DNA of 64,000 bases from Octopus sinensis (GCF_006345805.1 NC_043000.1:23250001-23314000); one strand, 5' to 3'; shown: positions 24,020-38,287, counted from the stretch's first letter. The notes: generated by a model not told the origin, from the letters alone. Program-made: numbers and translations.

Positions 24020-24260
24020 AGTTTATCCCAGAGGTTTCGTTATCTGTAGAGGAGAGGTGATCCAGTCCACCAGTGGTCACCATTGCTGGCTGTCTCATGC
24101 CAACTCCTCTGCATCCTCCAAGGTGACGTTGGGCCTCTGGAGATCTTCCCCAATCACATCCAGCCATCTGGTGCGGGGTCTGCCACAAGATCTCTACCAG
24201 CCCACAGTTGCTGCGTTGAATGATGGTAAAGCCCTGGTAGGATGATCTAGCAGGAGATAG
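24020..24260 (-). mobile_element. RTE-like LINE ORF C-terminal fragment
   Basis: CGRPRTRWLDVIGEDLQRPNVTLEDAEELA*DSQQW*PLV. Confidence 0.75.
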
Positions 24261-24370
24261 AGGAGATGTCCATACCAGTGCATGTGACAGAAAGCTGTGA
24301 GGTGGGCAGTTGCAAGCTGATGCATGCATGCAAGCAGTTCTTTGTTGGAAGCATAAGCATGCTTTTAAAA

Positions 24371-24733
24371 TCTCTATATATATAAACAGCAAAATGTCTG
24401 TCTGTGTGTGTGTGTCCTTAATACAAATCCACAATTTTTCAGTTAGAGAGCTTGCACTTTCTATGGTCATTTAAAACCATCCAAGGGTGGTCGTGCACAT
24501 CTTTACATTTCCCCAGTCACCCCACAAAACCATTAAAAAATCAATAGAAGTGACTTTTTTGCGAATTTTCTATCCAAAACCCAATTGAAATGTCCGAAAC
24601 TTGATACGCCAATTGATTAGCTGTATGTGATTGGTCAGAGATTTGGACAGTACTCGCATGTATGTGCACACGCATGCAGCTGTATATGCATGCACTAGCA
24701 CCATGACCCGGCATTGCTGGGTCATAGTGCTAG
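24371..24733 (+). mobile_element. Non-autonomous Helitron
   Basis: 5' TCTCTATATATATAAA after an A. 3' hairpin ACTAGCACCATGACCCGG..CTGGGTCATAGTGCTAGT ending CTAG before a T. Confidence 0.75.
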
Positions 24734-25394
24734 TAACCCATAACTATTATCAAGGATGTTGTCATGTTAGAGCCCCAGCTAAGATATTTACTCACCAGCT
24801 GTCAACTTAAAGCCATCTTTGGATTATGTTTCCAAAGATTGGAAATGCAGACTATAGCTGTACCATAGCCATATGTGGCTTTAAGTTGACAGCTGGTGAC
24901 CAACTATCTTGGCTAGGGTTCTGACATGACTGTGTCCTAGATGATGACCATGGGTGCTGCATTGTTTTTTATTTTATCAGCATACGTGTTAGAGATATTG
25001 AATTCAGAAAGATATCAGGTTCACTGTTCAAGCAACAGATTTTCCATTTTGAAGGTATTTCCTTTCAGTTTTCGTTTCATGTCTATGCAATTAAGCTGAC
25101 AAATTAATATGAAATTATTGAGATATGTAATTTGGCAGTTTTTATCTTCAGCACTGAAACTGAATTTGGTTTAGATCTCTCAATATTCCCTTTACAGCCC
25201 TTAAACTTCAGGATAAAAGAGAAAATGTCAATTAATGCATGCTCTTCGATTTTCCATCTGCAACATCACAAGAAGTGAAATGGCTTAGTCTCTGAGAAGA
25301 TTTCAAAAGCAATGTAGAACGTAGATCAATTGTTCATAGTGTGAAATATTAATATTACTATTACAAATAAAATCAATAAAATGGTGCCAAACAA

Positions 25395-25398
25395 TACA

Positions 25399-25436
<38 letters not shown>

Positions 25437-25511
25437 TATATATTAGATAAATAGATAGGTAGATGGATAGATAGATAGATACATACATACATACATACAT
25501 ACATACATACA

Positions 25512-25543
<32 letters not shown>

Positions 25544-25621
25544 CATATATACATAGATGCATAAATATGTGTGTATATGTACATACGTATATAAGAACAC
25601 ATAAGCATATATGCATGTGTG

Positions 25622-25653
<32 letters not shown>

Positions 25654-26345
25654 TGTATGTATGTATGTATGTACGTATGTATGTATGTATGTATGTATGT
25701 ACACATATATATGTATGTTTAAATCTATTGAATTGACTCCAAGCTTTGTCAGAATCAATTCATCTTTCTTTACATCATCAACACTCAGGAAATATCTCAA
25801 AGATTTTTTTTTTCAGATTCTCACATTGCATGAGTTTTGTTTTGATTTAATATTATGACTTTGTTTTGGTGCCATACTTGAAATTAATTGAAATTTTTCA
25901 AGATTCAGAATAATTAACGTACGTTACCTTTGAATTCTACTTTAATGGAACAAGTCAAACCTATACAAATATTGATGCCATCTCTCTCTTTTTCTGCATG
26001 TGTGTGTGTGTGCGTGCGTGTGTGTATGTGTGAATGTGTGTGTGTGTGTGTGTGTGCATGTGTGTATATATATAATATTTTTTTCTAATTTATATATATA
26101 TATATATATATACACACACATACACACACATATATATTCCTATATACATACACACACACTCATATATATATTTATATATATATATATACACACACATACA
26201 CACACATATATATTCCTATATACATACACACACACTCATATATATATTTATATATATATATCTGTCACATACTCTTATAACACACTGTCATACTCTCTCT
26301 CTTATACTCTTCCTTTCACACACCTGCACACACACATACACATAC
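25395..26345. repeat. Compound (CA)/(CATA)/(TATG)/(TG)/(TA) microsatellite block
   Basis: Direct reading. Source of many artefact ORFs. Confidence 0.95.
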
Positions 26346-27039
26346 ACTCTCTCTTTCTCTCTTCCTTCTCTCTCTTCTTTGTATAAAAGAAATATTAAAA
26401 ATTACTGGCTGGCAACTTAAACAGAGAATTGGACAAAATGCTTTGACTTTCATTGTTTTGAGGTCGTTGGAATGAAATATAAACCAACCAAGTAAATGAA
26501 TTAATATAATTTTTTTTAAGGACTTTGAGGATGAAGGGTAGTAGTCATGGTACATTTGAGTGTCTCCAGGAATGGTGGAAAGGAAGGGAGGGGTTATCAT
26601 TAGACTAGAGACCAGGCTTGAAAAGCTACCAAGGGCCAGGTGGTGGTGGTGGTGGTAGTGACTAAACCAGCGCCTGTAGCAGCAGGTGCGATGGTGGCAG
26701 TGGCTGTGGCGATGGTGGTTGTGTGGATGGGGGGGGCAAGTAACAGGTTAACCATCCAACAACAAGAATGGTTCCTCTTACATAAGTTCTCAGTTTCCCT
26801 TTACCAAATTTTACTCACATAGACATCTGTCAAATTGAAGCTCTTAAAAGACATTTGCCTGAGGTGTTGCACAGTAGGCTTGAATCAAATTCAACATATA
26901 GATAGCTACTTACAGCTAGGTGGACTGAGCCAACATAACTTTCTTCCTTACAAGTTATAGGTATAAGCATCTTCTATCAATATATCTCTATTTCTGTCGG
27001 TCTGCTTGTCTGTATATCTGTTTCCTTGCCTGTCATTTT

Positions 27040-27152
27040 ATCTGTCTATTTATTTATCTCTTTGTCTATCTATCTGTCTATCTTGTAGATTGAGCGGTAA
27101 ATCATGACAACTGAACCTACCTAACTACCTACCTACCTATCTATCTATTTAT

Positions 27153-27228
<76 letters not shown>

Positions 27229-27335
27229 ATCTATCTATCTGTCTATCTGTCTGTCTATCTATCTTTTTATCTATCTGTCTATTTATCTATCTCTCTATCT
27301 ATCCCTCTGTCTATCTGTCTATCTATCTATCTCTG
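27040..27335. repeat. (CTAT)n/(CTGT)n compound microsatellite
   Basis: Direct reading. Confidence 0.95.
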
Positions 27336-27583
27336 TACCTTGCTTCCAAAATCTGAAGCCTTGAAACATGTGAGTTTGGTTTACTTATCCTCAATGCCTG
27401 TTATTAATCATTAGATTATTTGCTAGAAGCTAAGAGAAGTCTGCCAAATTAAGACTGTCTAAAAATAAAAATAATGTTCTTGACACCAACTTATTTTTGG
27501 AAGCAATTGAGAGATAGACAGAAGATGGTTTTGAAAATCAAGTATAAACTCATGTTTATGCCAAGTTGACTTTTCTAAGGATC

Positions 27584-27586
<3 letters not shown>

Positions 27587-27663
<77 letters not shown>
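27587..27663. repeat. (CT)n microsatellite
   Basis: Direct reading. Confidence 0.98.
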
Positions 27664-27667
<4 letters not shown>

Positions 27668-29157
27668 ACCTCTCTCACTCGTCGCCTCAGGTCAGTCCTG
27701 ATTGAGTTGTTCTATGGTCCTTATGTAGCCGGTCAAATAGCTGTGGATGAACCACAGCTCCATAGCTCCAGGTACATCCTGCAATTTATCCAGCTGAAAA
27801 AAACTGCTTGACATATTCCAACATGCAGTGGTCAGCTATCTGTTATCTTTTAATTGTTTCACTCATTGGAATGCGACCATGCTGGGGTACAGCCTTGAAG
27901 GGCTTAATCAAACAAATAAACTACTGTACTTATTTTTTAAGTCTGGTACTTTTTCTATCAGCCTTTTTGCCAAACCACTAAGGTACAAGGACTTAAACAA
28001 ACCAATGCTGGTTTTCAAGCAGTTGGAGTGAACACGCACACACACACACACACACACATGTACACTTATTCACATGCATGCACACATACACACATGCACA
28101 CACACACACATGCACACACACACACATGTACACATATTCACATGCATGCACACACATGCACACACACACACATGCACACATACACGCACACAGAGGAAGG
28201 GTTTCCACACAGTTTCCATATACAAAATCCATTTACAAAGCACTGGACTTTAGTAGAAGACACTTGCCCAAGATGCCATGCAGGGAGACTGAACTCAAAA
28301 CCTTGTGGTTTCTTAACCACACGTTTACATCTATCGTATGACATTGTGATGCGGATGTATAAGAATGATACAATCTGTCCAATATCCAGTCTGTCTCTGT
28401 ACACCTGTAGATTCTGGCATCAAAGATCACAGTGACAGCAGGTAAAGTAATTTGGTCTCTGTGATAGTTTCTGTCTTTCTGTTTAGTCTTTGAGATTGGA
28501 CTGGAACACATTTGGAGTACCTATGTTCAGTCCACTGCAGGAGGAAAACCTCAGCATGTTCTCTCCACTGGTTTGTTGAACCTACTATTCCACACTGGCT
28601 CAACAGAGGGGTGCAGTATTTTATACTCTTACCCACGAGTGGTTAAGTCAATTACATCGACCCCAGTGCACAACTGGTACTTATTTTATTGAGCCTGAAA
28701 GGACGAAAAGCAAAGTGGACCTCAGTGAAATTTGAACTTAGAATGTAAGGACAAAATACTGCTAAGCATTTCGCCTGGTGCACTAACAATTCTGCCAGCT
28801 TACTGCCTGTGTTTGAGGTAAATAAGAGTAATTCATGTATGTCTGTGAGTGATTTCGTGTCAATCAGTTGATTGACCTTTTCCTTGGATGTGATCATGTG
28901 ATCCAAAGTGTTCAGCAATAGCAGTAACATTCTCATAGTTTGGGGAGAAAATGGTATTGTGGGCTATGTATTGAGTCTAGTGTGTACCCATTCAACTTCT
29001 CATGTATATTTGTAGAGATCAGCCCCTCATCAAATTCCTAGCCTTGTAAAATATTATGATTCAAATGGCCATCTGGTTGGATTATGATACAGCAGATATT
29101 TCCAACCTTCCATTATAAGAATGTTATATCTTCCTTTCTTTTTATCAAGGTTGAGTT

Positions 29158-29530
29158 CCACAGAGGAGATGACGAGGAACTGAGACTTCTGGTGATTTGC
29201 TGTGCTTGAGAAGACACATCATACTAAGTAAAATTATGGCCATGCTGTGTAAAAAGCACCCAAGCTGACATCACATGAAAAACGTCTATGCTGGTGCCAC
29301 ATGAAAATTACCTCATGCTGGTGCCAGGTACAAAGCACCCATGCAGACATCACATAAAACCACTAAGGTACAAGGACTTAAACAATGGTTGACATGAGGA
29401 AGGGCAACCAGCTAGAGAAACCATGCCAAAAGAGATGACTGGGGCCTTGGTGCAGACCCCCCAGCTTGCCAGATCTGGTCAAACCGTCCAACCCATGCCA
29501 GCATGGAAAACAGATGTTAAATGATGATGA
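29158..29530 (+). mobile_element. Sister-subfamily RTE 3' end with 26-bp UTR units
   Basis: TEEMTRN*DFW*FAVLEKTHHTK*, then ATGCTGGTGCCACATGAAAA-type units and a GAT tail. Confidence 0.75.
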
Positions 29531-29872
29531 GGTGGATATAATGCTAATTATGGTATGGACTAGTTTTCAAACTCATAGCGATGATTTTGCATGGATTAGT
29601 ATTTAAATCCATTAGTGATTAAGAATGGATTAGTTTTGAAACTAATCTAGGGCTGTAGAAGCCAGCGTCACTTGTAGAAGTCATCTGCACTTGTAGTAAA
29701 TAGCTATACTTTAGTAGAAGCCATCTGTGTTCATCGTATGTGTAATAGAAGCCAGCTGCACTCATTGGAGAAGCCATTCACACTCATTGTAGAAACCAAG
29801 TGCACTCTTTGATGATGTAGCTTCAAACTGCCTTCGAAGGAATGGTGACTCAATTTCCTAACAGAGGGATAT

Positions 29873-30151
29873 CTTTGGAGTAAAGATTGTTTGCCAACAT
29901 AATATGGCAGTCCTGGTTTAGGACGAATGTTGCTGTAATTTAGCCCCAGGAGACATCATCTCCTGTTGGCTATATGACATGATCTGTGTCCGTATATTTT
30001 TGAACAAGGGAATCTAGCTTGCGAAAATATAAGGATACAGATCGTAATGTATAGCCAGCTGGAGACGATATCTCCTGGGGCTTAATTACAGTAACATTTG
30101 TCCTAAACCAGGACTGCCATGTTATGTTGGCAAACAATCTTTACTACAAAG
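29873..30151. mobile_element. Fold-back/MITE-like element, about 128-bp arms
   Basis: 29873-30000 is nearly the reverse complement of about 30022-30151, with a short loop between. Confidence 0.8.
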
Positions 30152-30367
30152 TACTGTTGCTGAATCTCTCACGTTGTGAGATTTAAAAATAGAGTGATAT
30201 CTGATTTGTACATAGGCATGAAAAGGAGGATTTTTCTTCAAAAGTTATTGATATAGAAATTTATTTAAAATAATATTTCTGGAAACATTAAAATAACTTT
30301 AAGTATAATTCCAGACTGACCAAAGCCTTGTGAATGGATTTAGTCAATGGAAACTGAAAGAAGCCTA

Positions 30368-30480
30368 GAGTGGCTGTGTGGTAAGTAGCTTGCTTACAAA
30401 CAACATGATTCCAGGTTCAGTCCCACTGTGTGGCACCTTGGGCAAGTGTCTTCTACTATAGCCTCGGGCCAACCAAAGCC

Positions 30481-30555
<75 letters not shown>

Positions 30556-30770
30556 TGTGTGTGTGTGTCTGTGTTTGTCCCCCCAACATCGCTTGACAAC
30601 CAATGCTGGTGTGTTTACGTCCCCGTAACTTAGCGGTTCGGCAAAAGAGACTGATAGAATAAGTACTAGGCTTACAAAGAATAAGTCCTGGGGTCGATGT
30701 GCTCAACTAAAGGCAGTGCTCCAGCATGGCCACAGTCAAATGACTGAAACAAGTAAAAGAGTAAAAGAGT
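30368..30770 (+). mobile_element. CORE-type SINE copy with expanded (TG)n
   Basis: Family motifs. Confidence 0.85.
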
Positions 30771-31523
30771 ATATGTGTGTGCCTTATTATATGTTTCTCC
30801 CCTACTACTGCTTGACAGCTGGTTTTGTTTTTCTTATGTGCCCATAACTTAGTGGTTTGGTAAACCCATAGAATAAGAACCAGGTTTAAAAAGTTAAGTA
30901 CAGAGGTTAATTTGTTTGACTAAACTCTCCAATGTAGTTACCCAACATGACTGCAGTCGAGTGGCAGAAACAAGTAAATTGTAAAAGATCTAACTTGGAA
31001 GAGCAACAAAGCCAAACTCAGAAATCCGGAGACTAACTACTTTGTAAACATACACAACACATGAATGCCTGCATTTACATGTATAATGTCAGAAAAAAAG
31101 TATATTTGTACCAATTATAAGTAAACTTAATGAAACAGACATGAACGAAATATCTTTTTTCTAAATCCTTCTTTTTTTCCCAAAACTTTTCAAAATTATT
31201 TTCAAATTCTCAAAACCAAGAGAAATATGTAAACAAGAAAGAAAATATATTTGGCAAACTTGCCAAAAATGTTATTCTTGTTGCCCACCTTCTCACACAC
31301 AAAAACGATTACCTTTGAATTTTGCAGTTTGTGAACAGCTTTGTTGTATTCAAAGCCAATGTTGTAGAAATCTCTAACAGTAACCAAATCCAACAGTGAA
31401 GATGTGTTGCTGTTTACATTTGTTAAAGGAGACTGGGAGCCATTTGTAATTTATTTACTGAAGGTTTATTGCTATTTATTTCCACTCTATGTTTCTGTTG
31501 TATTCTGTTTTTGTATTTATAGG

Positions 31524-32020
31524 CATCATCATCGTTTAACGTCCGCTTTCCATGCTAGCATGGGTTGGATGAATGACTGAGGGCTGGCAAACCAGATGGT
31601 TGCACCAGGCTCCAATCTGATCTGGCAGAGTTTCTACAGCTGGATGCCCTTCCTAACGCCAACCACTCCGAGAATGTAGTGGGTCCTTTTACGTGCCACC
31701 GGCATGAGGGCCAGTGAGGTGGTACTGGCAATGTCCACACTCAAATGGTATTTTTTACATGCCACCTGCACAGGAGCCACTCCATCAGCACTGGCAACGA
31801 CCTCACTCGAATGTTTTTTCACGTGCCAGTAAGGCGACACTGGTAACAATCATGCTCGAATAGTGCTTTTTATGTGCCACCGGCATGGAAGCCAATTAGC
31901 TGCTCTGGCAACGATCACGCTTGGATGGTGCTCTTAGCACTTTACTAGCATGGATGCCAGTCATCGAATTTGATTTTGATTTCGCTTGCCTCAACATGTC
32001 TTCGCAAGCAAAGTTTAATG
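31524..32020 (-). mobile_element. RTE 3'UTR copy (long)
   Basis: Family motifs, about five modules. Confidence 0.85.
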
Positions 32021-32094
32021 TCTAATGAAGGAAAATTTATTAAAACTGAATTCATTGGTTTACTTTCCTCTGAGACTGGTTATAAGGCTGTTAT

Positions 32095-32700
32095 TAACTT
32101 CCTTGTGTGGTAAGATGGTTCCAGGTTCAGTCCTACTGAACGGCACCTTGGGCAAGTGTCTTCTACTATACCTTGGGCCAACCAAAGCCTTGTGAGTGGA
32201 TCTGATAGATGGAAACTGAAAGAAACCTATTTCTTTACTACCCACAAGGGGCTAAACACAGAAAGGACAAACAAGGACACACAAACGGATTAAGTCGATT
32301 ATATCAACCCCAGTGTGTAACTGGTACTTAATTTATCGACCCTGAAAGGATGAAAGGCAAAGTTGACCTCGGTGGAATTTGAACTCAGAACGTAAAGACA
32401 GACAAAATACCGCTAAGCATTTCACTCGGCGTGCTAGCATTTCTGCCAGCTCGCCACCTTAGAAACCTGAAAGAAACCTGTTGTGTGTGTGTATATATGT
32501 TTGACCCCTCATCACTTGACAACTGGTGTTGGTTTGTTTATGTCCCCTTAACTAAGTAGTGAGGTAAAAGAGGCCAATAGAATAAGTACCAGGCTTAAAA
32601 AATAATTACAGAGGCTGATCTGTTTAAGTAAATGCTTCATGGCAGTGCTCCAGCATGGCTGCAGTCTAATGACTGCAATAAGAAAAAGATGAGACATAAA
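32095..32700 (+). mobile_element. CORE-type SINE interrupted by a second SINE (32228-32460)
   Basis: AGAAACCT duplicated at 32221 and 32461. Confidence 0.75.
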
Positions 32701-32857
32701 TTTTTTGACTCGTGCCATGAACAACTATAGTTGTAAATGGCCAAAGCTACTACTTTTTTGGCATCTTCTACCATTTTTCAAGAAGATGTTTGCCTTTGAT
32801 ATTTGCAAGCAACTTATCATTTCTTACCAAGTGGCAAGCAACTTATCATTTCTTACC

Positions 32858-33063
32858 ATGTGGAGGCACAATGGCCCAGTGGTTATGGCAGCGGATTCGC
32901 AGTCGTAGGATCGCGGTTTCGATTCCCAGACCGGGCGTTGCGAGTGTTTATTGAGCGAAAACACCTAAAAGCTCCATGAGGCTCCAGCAGGGCATGGTGG
33001 TGATCCCTGCTGTACTCAAACGGTGGTGCATCAGCTCTGAGCTGAAACTAAAACGAAAAAAAA
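32858..33063 (+). mobile_element. Third tRNA-derived SINE family
   Basis: TGGCCCAGTGGTTA..GCGGTTTCGATTCCC head, GAGCGAAAACACCTAAAAGCTCC body and poly(A) end. A second copy lies at 17020-17232 on the minus strand. Confidence 0.8.
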
Positions 33064-34244
33064 AAATGTGTTTCTACAAATACTTTGACAGATCCTCCAT
33101 TTTGGGATATTTTTCAAAGTGTAGTTGTAACAGCCATCCAAAATTTTCTTCTTCATTTTAGTTTATTTATTTTGTTTTTCATGTTATTTTGTTGCCATTC
33201 AAATAAGTCCAGTCTGTATTCATTCAACGGAAGTACTGAGTTCAGCCCTTCACCAAAGGAAAAAAATGAATCAAAAAGGGAGCCATTTTATATGGTCATT
33301 TGACCTGGTAGAAATAGCAGCCAAATTTTCCTTAAATCACGTTTTACCTTATAAAAGAAATATTGGATAATGAGGTTTGAGTTACCTACACAGGAAAATA
33401 AGAGAAAGCCACTTTCAGAATGCTTTTACTCATAAGTCTGTTCAATCAGGTTGGCCTGGAGCTAAAAGATAACAACAAGAAGGAAAAACAAGAGTAATGC
33501 TCAACATTTCTCAATACAATAAAAAGAAATGAAAAGCTATTTCCTAATTCATGTTGTCACCTGTCGAAGGAAATCTTAAAAGCAGAGTGTTGTAACAGAC
33601 AAAAACTTCTGTAATCACTTCATTCCTGTCAACAGAATGTATAATTCTGAATTCATTAGCATACATAGTGAGCAAGCAACATGACCAATTTTCTGAAGCT
33701 TGCTCCAGGTATACAACACACCCACTACAGGGTCCAATCCCTGTTGTGGATTAGGGACTTGTGTACCTCAGTGACCCTGAAAGCTATGCCAGTCAAGTGC
33801 AAGCTTCTGGTAGGCACTAACATAGCTAGAAGTGGGTGGATGGGATGGTCTGCCCTGGGTGGCATTTTTATGGGGCAGGCACCACTTTTGGGTCTGCTAT
33901 AGGCGATATGTATTTTTTGTTGGGAACTGAGGACAGCAAACTAAAGGGCCATCCTGGGTGGCACACACTCTAGCTACACTATCGCTGGTAGGGATTCTAT
34001 GCTGGATAGATCAAAGGACAGAAAAATGATTAATGTGGACCACCTCTTTCAAGAAATAAAAAGGGGTTTGCAGGGGACTTACACGCCTACCTAGAAAAAG
34101 GCAAAGTTCCCAAAGTATCAATGATGAATGAAAGCTGACAAGGCTTGGGAGACAGACCAGAGATGAAAGCAATAGAGAAAAGCTATTGACAATGGCAAGT
34201 ATACAACACTCACCCAAAAAATTCTTTAATAAACATTTAAAATC

Positions 34245-34570
34245 ATCATCATCATCATCATCATCATCGTTTAACGTCCGCTTTCCATGTTAGCATGGGT
34301 TGGACGATTTTGACTGAGGGCTGGCGAACCAGATGGCTGCACCAGGCTCCAATTTTGATCTGGCAGTTTCTACAGCTGGATGCCCTTCCTAACGCCAACC
34401 ATTCTGAGAGTGTAGTGGGTGCTTTTTACGTGTCACCAGCACTGGGGCCAGTCAGGCGGTACTGGCAACGACCTTGCTCGAATCTTGTTACACATGCCAC
34501 CGGCACAGGTGCCAGTAATGCAACGTTGGTAACGATCATACTCGAATGGTGCCCTTTTATGTGCCAAGAC
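34245..34570 (-). mobile_element. RTE 3'UTR copy
   Basis: Family motifs and (CAT)n tail. Confidence 0.85.
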
Positions 34571-34881
34571 ATTGGAACTCCAGATAAGTAGTTGAGAAAT
34601 TAATGATGATTTATCAAATAGAACATGGTGTCACCAAATATTATGTAAAAGAGAATATCAGGTTATTGAGGGATGAAGAAAGAGATAATGATACAACATC
34701 AAATTGATGAGTTTATTCCAGTTATTTGACTGTTAGAAAGTTATCATATTGAGTTAGAAAAGAGTTCAATATAGAAGAGCATAAGGATGAGCATATTTGA
34801 TAATTATACAATTGTTATCATATCTGTGGTGTATTTAAAAAGAGAGAAAATTATAGATAAGAAGTGTATCTTTGCTAAATA

Positions 34882-36125
34882 TTGGGTCATCCCATAAATA
34901 AAACAGTTTTTTCAATTGCAAGAACTAAAAGTCAGAGGGGGAATGGGATAAACTACCTGCATCAACTTGCTATAAAAGCAGGTAGTAATTTTACCTTGTA
35001 CTTATTCTTAGTGGAAATTTTGAAGAGTGCAGTTCAATTTTAACAGTTATTTTTTCAAAGCTTTAATGGAAGTGAGAAAGGAGCATATTCGGCATATTTT
35101 GTTTTATGAGTTCAATAAAGGCAACAACGCAATGGAAAGTGCAATGAATATTAATGCAGTAAATGGGGATCAAACAATAAGTGTAAGCTAGTGTCAATGG
35201 TGGTTCCAGAAATTTTGAGCTGGAAACTACAGCTAAGAAGACAAGCCTCATTGTGAAAGATATGTAAAGATCAATAAAGATGCCCTACAAACCCAGGTGG
35301 AACAAAATCCTATTGTAATTGTTGAAGAACTAGCAGAGAGGTTTGGATGTGGTCATTCAACCATTCATCAACACCTGTGTGCCATCAGAAAAGCCAGCAG
35401 ATTGGATCAATGGATTCCTCACAAACATTTTGAGTCTAATCACATGCAGTGAATGAATGTGTATCATGTCTCATGAATAAACCTTTTTTGGACTGAATAG
35501 TGAGTGACTGGTGATGAGAAATGGGTTCTCTATAAAAATGTCAAGCACTGAAGACAGTGGGTAGGGAAAGGAGAAGGACTGGCACCCTAGGCTAAAGCAG
35601 GTCTTCACCCACATAAGGTGTTGCTATCTGTTTGGTGGGATATGAAAGGTTTAATACACTTTGAACTTTTCAAACCAAACCAAACCAAACGATAACAAAG
35701 GAGATCTACTGCGAGCAGCTTGAGCAACTTAAGTCAGCACTAGAAGAAAAACGACCATCTGTGGTTTCAAGATGAAACTTGTCCTTCCATCAGGACAATG
35801 CTTGGCCACATACAGCAAGGATGACATTCTAAAGGCTGGAGCAGTTTGAATGGGAAACGATGCCTTGTCCACCATGTTCACCAGAGATTGCACCATCTGA
35901 TTATCATTTATTCCACAGTCTTCAAAATCATTTGGATGGAAAAAATATGAATTTTGTAGACAAGGTCAGAACAGTACTGGAGGAGTATTTTTCATCACAG
36001 ACAAGTCAATTTTGGAAGAGGAGACTTGCAATTCTACCAGATAGATGGAAGAATATTGTAGAAAATGAAAATTTTGGAAAATAAAAGAAATATAAAAATA
36101 CTGCATTATTTATAGGGTGACCCAA
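34882..36125 (+). mobile_element. Mariner DNA transposon, near full length, decayed
   Basis: TIRs TTGGGTCATCCCATAAATA / TATTTATAGGGTGACCCAA, each flanked by TA. Transposase motifs VTGDEKWVLY, HPHKVLLSVWWDMKG, HQDNAWPH, CSPEIAPSDYHLF. Confidence 0.92.
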
Positions 36126-36294
36126 TATAAGTGTGTGTTGCTGCCTCCCATTGTGTATATGAGAGAAAAAGGCCTTTTAATGGCCCAACCATGAAGCAAA
36201 ACTTTTGGCTACTTTAAGCAGAATCTGGCAAGATTTATATTCAAGAATGTTCTGAACTGGTAATTTTGGCATAAAAATAGAAATAGGTCCTTAA

Positions 36295-36492
36295 CCGTTT
36301 AGCATTCAGATTACTCTGTCTTATATAAAGCTTTTTTATTCATATTGTTTTGTACTAATAATTCATTATCTTGCAGCTTTGTGATTTTAATGATGTGATT
36401 GTATATTTTTAGAATGACATTTTAGGTTAGGTGAGAGAGGCCAGATATGGGCGGTTTGAAGATAAAATTAGTAGAGTGTCAGGGCTAAAGGG
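36295..36492. mobile_element. TTAA-flanked MITE (piggyBac-type ends)
   Basis: TTAA|CCGTTTAGCATT ... GCTAAAGGG|TTAA. A second copy is split in two at about 37168-37255 and 38070-38215. Confidence 0.75.
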
Positions 36493-36667
36493 TTAAAGTA
36501 ACCAATGGTTTATCACAGCTGCCACCAGGTATGATTGGCTGAAATAAATGTTGAAAGGCATGTTTGTCTGTCTGCAAAGGTGGTTTAGCATTTACTATTA
36601 TATAATACCGAATACATTCTTATGGGCTAAAAACAATATCTTTTTAGGCAGTGAATCTAAACATATG

Positions 36668-37050
36668 TAGGAGTGGCTGTGTGGTAAGTAGCTTGCTTAC
36701 CAACCACATGGTTCCAGGTTCAGTCCCACTGTGTGGCACCTTGGGCAAGTGTCTTCTACTATAACATTGGGCCAACCAAAGCCTTGTGAGTGGATTTGGT
36801 AGATGGAAACTGAAAGAAGCCCATCGTATATATGTATATATATATGTGTGTGTGTATATGTTTGTGTGTCTGTGTTTATCCCCCCAACATTGCTTCATAA
36901 CCGATGCTGGTGTGTTTATTTCCCCGTAACTTAGTGGTTCGGCAAAAGATACCGATAGAATAAGTACTAGGCTTACAAAGATATGCTCGAGTAAAAGCGG
37001 TGCTCCAGCATGGCCACAGTCAAATGGCTGAAACAAGTAAAAGAGTAAAG
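36668..37050 (+). mobile_element. CORE-type SINE copy
   Basis: Family motifs. Confidence 0.85.
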
Positions 37051-37329
37051 ATGTATTCAAGGATCAGTTTCAAGGGGGATTTACCATAGGAATCTCCCCA
37101 CAGTGTGAAACTAAAGACTAGTAGTTGTATGACTTACTGTAGAAAAAAAAAGTTGTTGAAAGTTTAACTCTTAGCATTCAGATTACTTTGTCAAATGTAA
37201 TGCTTACTCATTCACATTGTTTTGAGTTAATCATGCATTATCGTATAGCTTTGTAGTAGGATGTGATGTTGGCACTGGTTGGGTGCCTCACATTTCCTTA
37301 CATAGTTGTAGAAAGGAAAAATAGCAGGA

Positions 37330-37680
37330 ACACGAATCTCCGAACAAATCATCATCATCATCATCATCATCATTTAACGTCCGCTTTCCATGCTAGCATG
37401 GGTTGGACGGTTCAACTGGGGTCTGGGGAGCCCGAAGGCTGCACCAGGCCAGTCAGATCTGGCAGTGTTTCTACAGCTGGATGCCCTTCCTAACGCCAAC
37501 CACTCCGAGAGTGTAGTGGGTGATTTTATGTGCCACCGACACAGGTGCCAGACGAGGCTGGCGAACGGCCACGATCGGATGGTGTTTGTTACGTGCCCAC
37601 AGCACGGAGGCCAGTCGATGCGGTACTGGCTACGGCCACGTTCGGATGGTTTTCTTATGTGCCACCGGCACTGGTACTAC
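37330..37680 (-). mobile_element. RTE 3'UTR copy
   Basis: Family motifs and (CAT)n tail. Confidence 0.85.
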
Positions 37681-38287
37681 AAAGATACAAATTCCATTGA
37701 TGTTCATCTATTTTGATTTGGTTTGATAACAATAATAATTTATTTTCGCCAAAATAAGCATTTCATCTCTGGACATCGGTAGCCTGAATGCCTGGGGTTG
37801 GAAACTGCAGAGTCAGTTTAAATCACAATTGTTAAAGACATTCTTCACAGCTCACCAAGTCATATTCGCCTTCAACGGAGCTTGTCTGGTCGCATCTGGT
37901 TCTGACGGCAGCAGGAAGCAAAAAGGAAGAATAGCAGTAAAAGCTAGCTGCTGCTGATTATTGAGCATGCGCATAAGGGACTTCCAGCAGGCCTTGCGGA
38001 AGATTAATACTTGCACATGCGTTGATGAAAATCCCAAAATTGCGTCTGGAACCTGGCGTCACTACAGCTTCAACATTTCAATGATGTGATTGTATGTTTT
38101 TAGAATGATATATTTTTAGAATGACATGTAGAGTAAATGTGAGAGGCTAGATCAGTTTGAGCATAAAACAGGGAGAGAATTTGGGCCAGGTATGGCCAGT
38201 TTGAATACTAAAGGTTAAATATGTTCATGCTATGTCTCAAGTGTATGTCACATAAAATATATAAAAAAAAAACATGAAACGTAGGCA

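Noticed and set aside
25303-26386. Long YIHT/VCMY-type ORFs (also 28028-28435, 30365-30706, 53463-53977)
   Set aside because: Stop-free frames of di- and tetranucleotide microsatellites.
37760-38060. LDIGSLNAWG resembling a LINE endonuclease N-terminus
   Set aside because: Single weak motif with no downstream QET or YAP motifs; not supportable.
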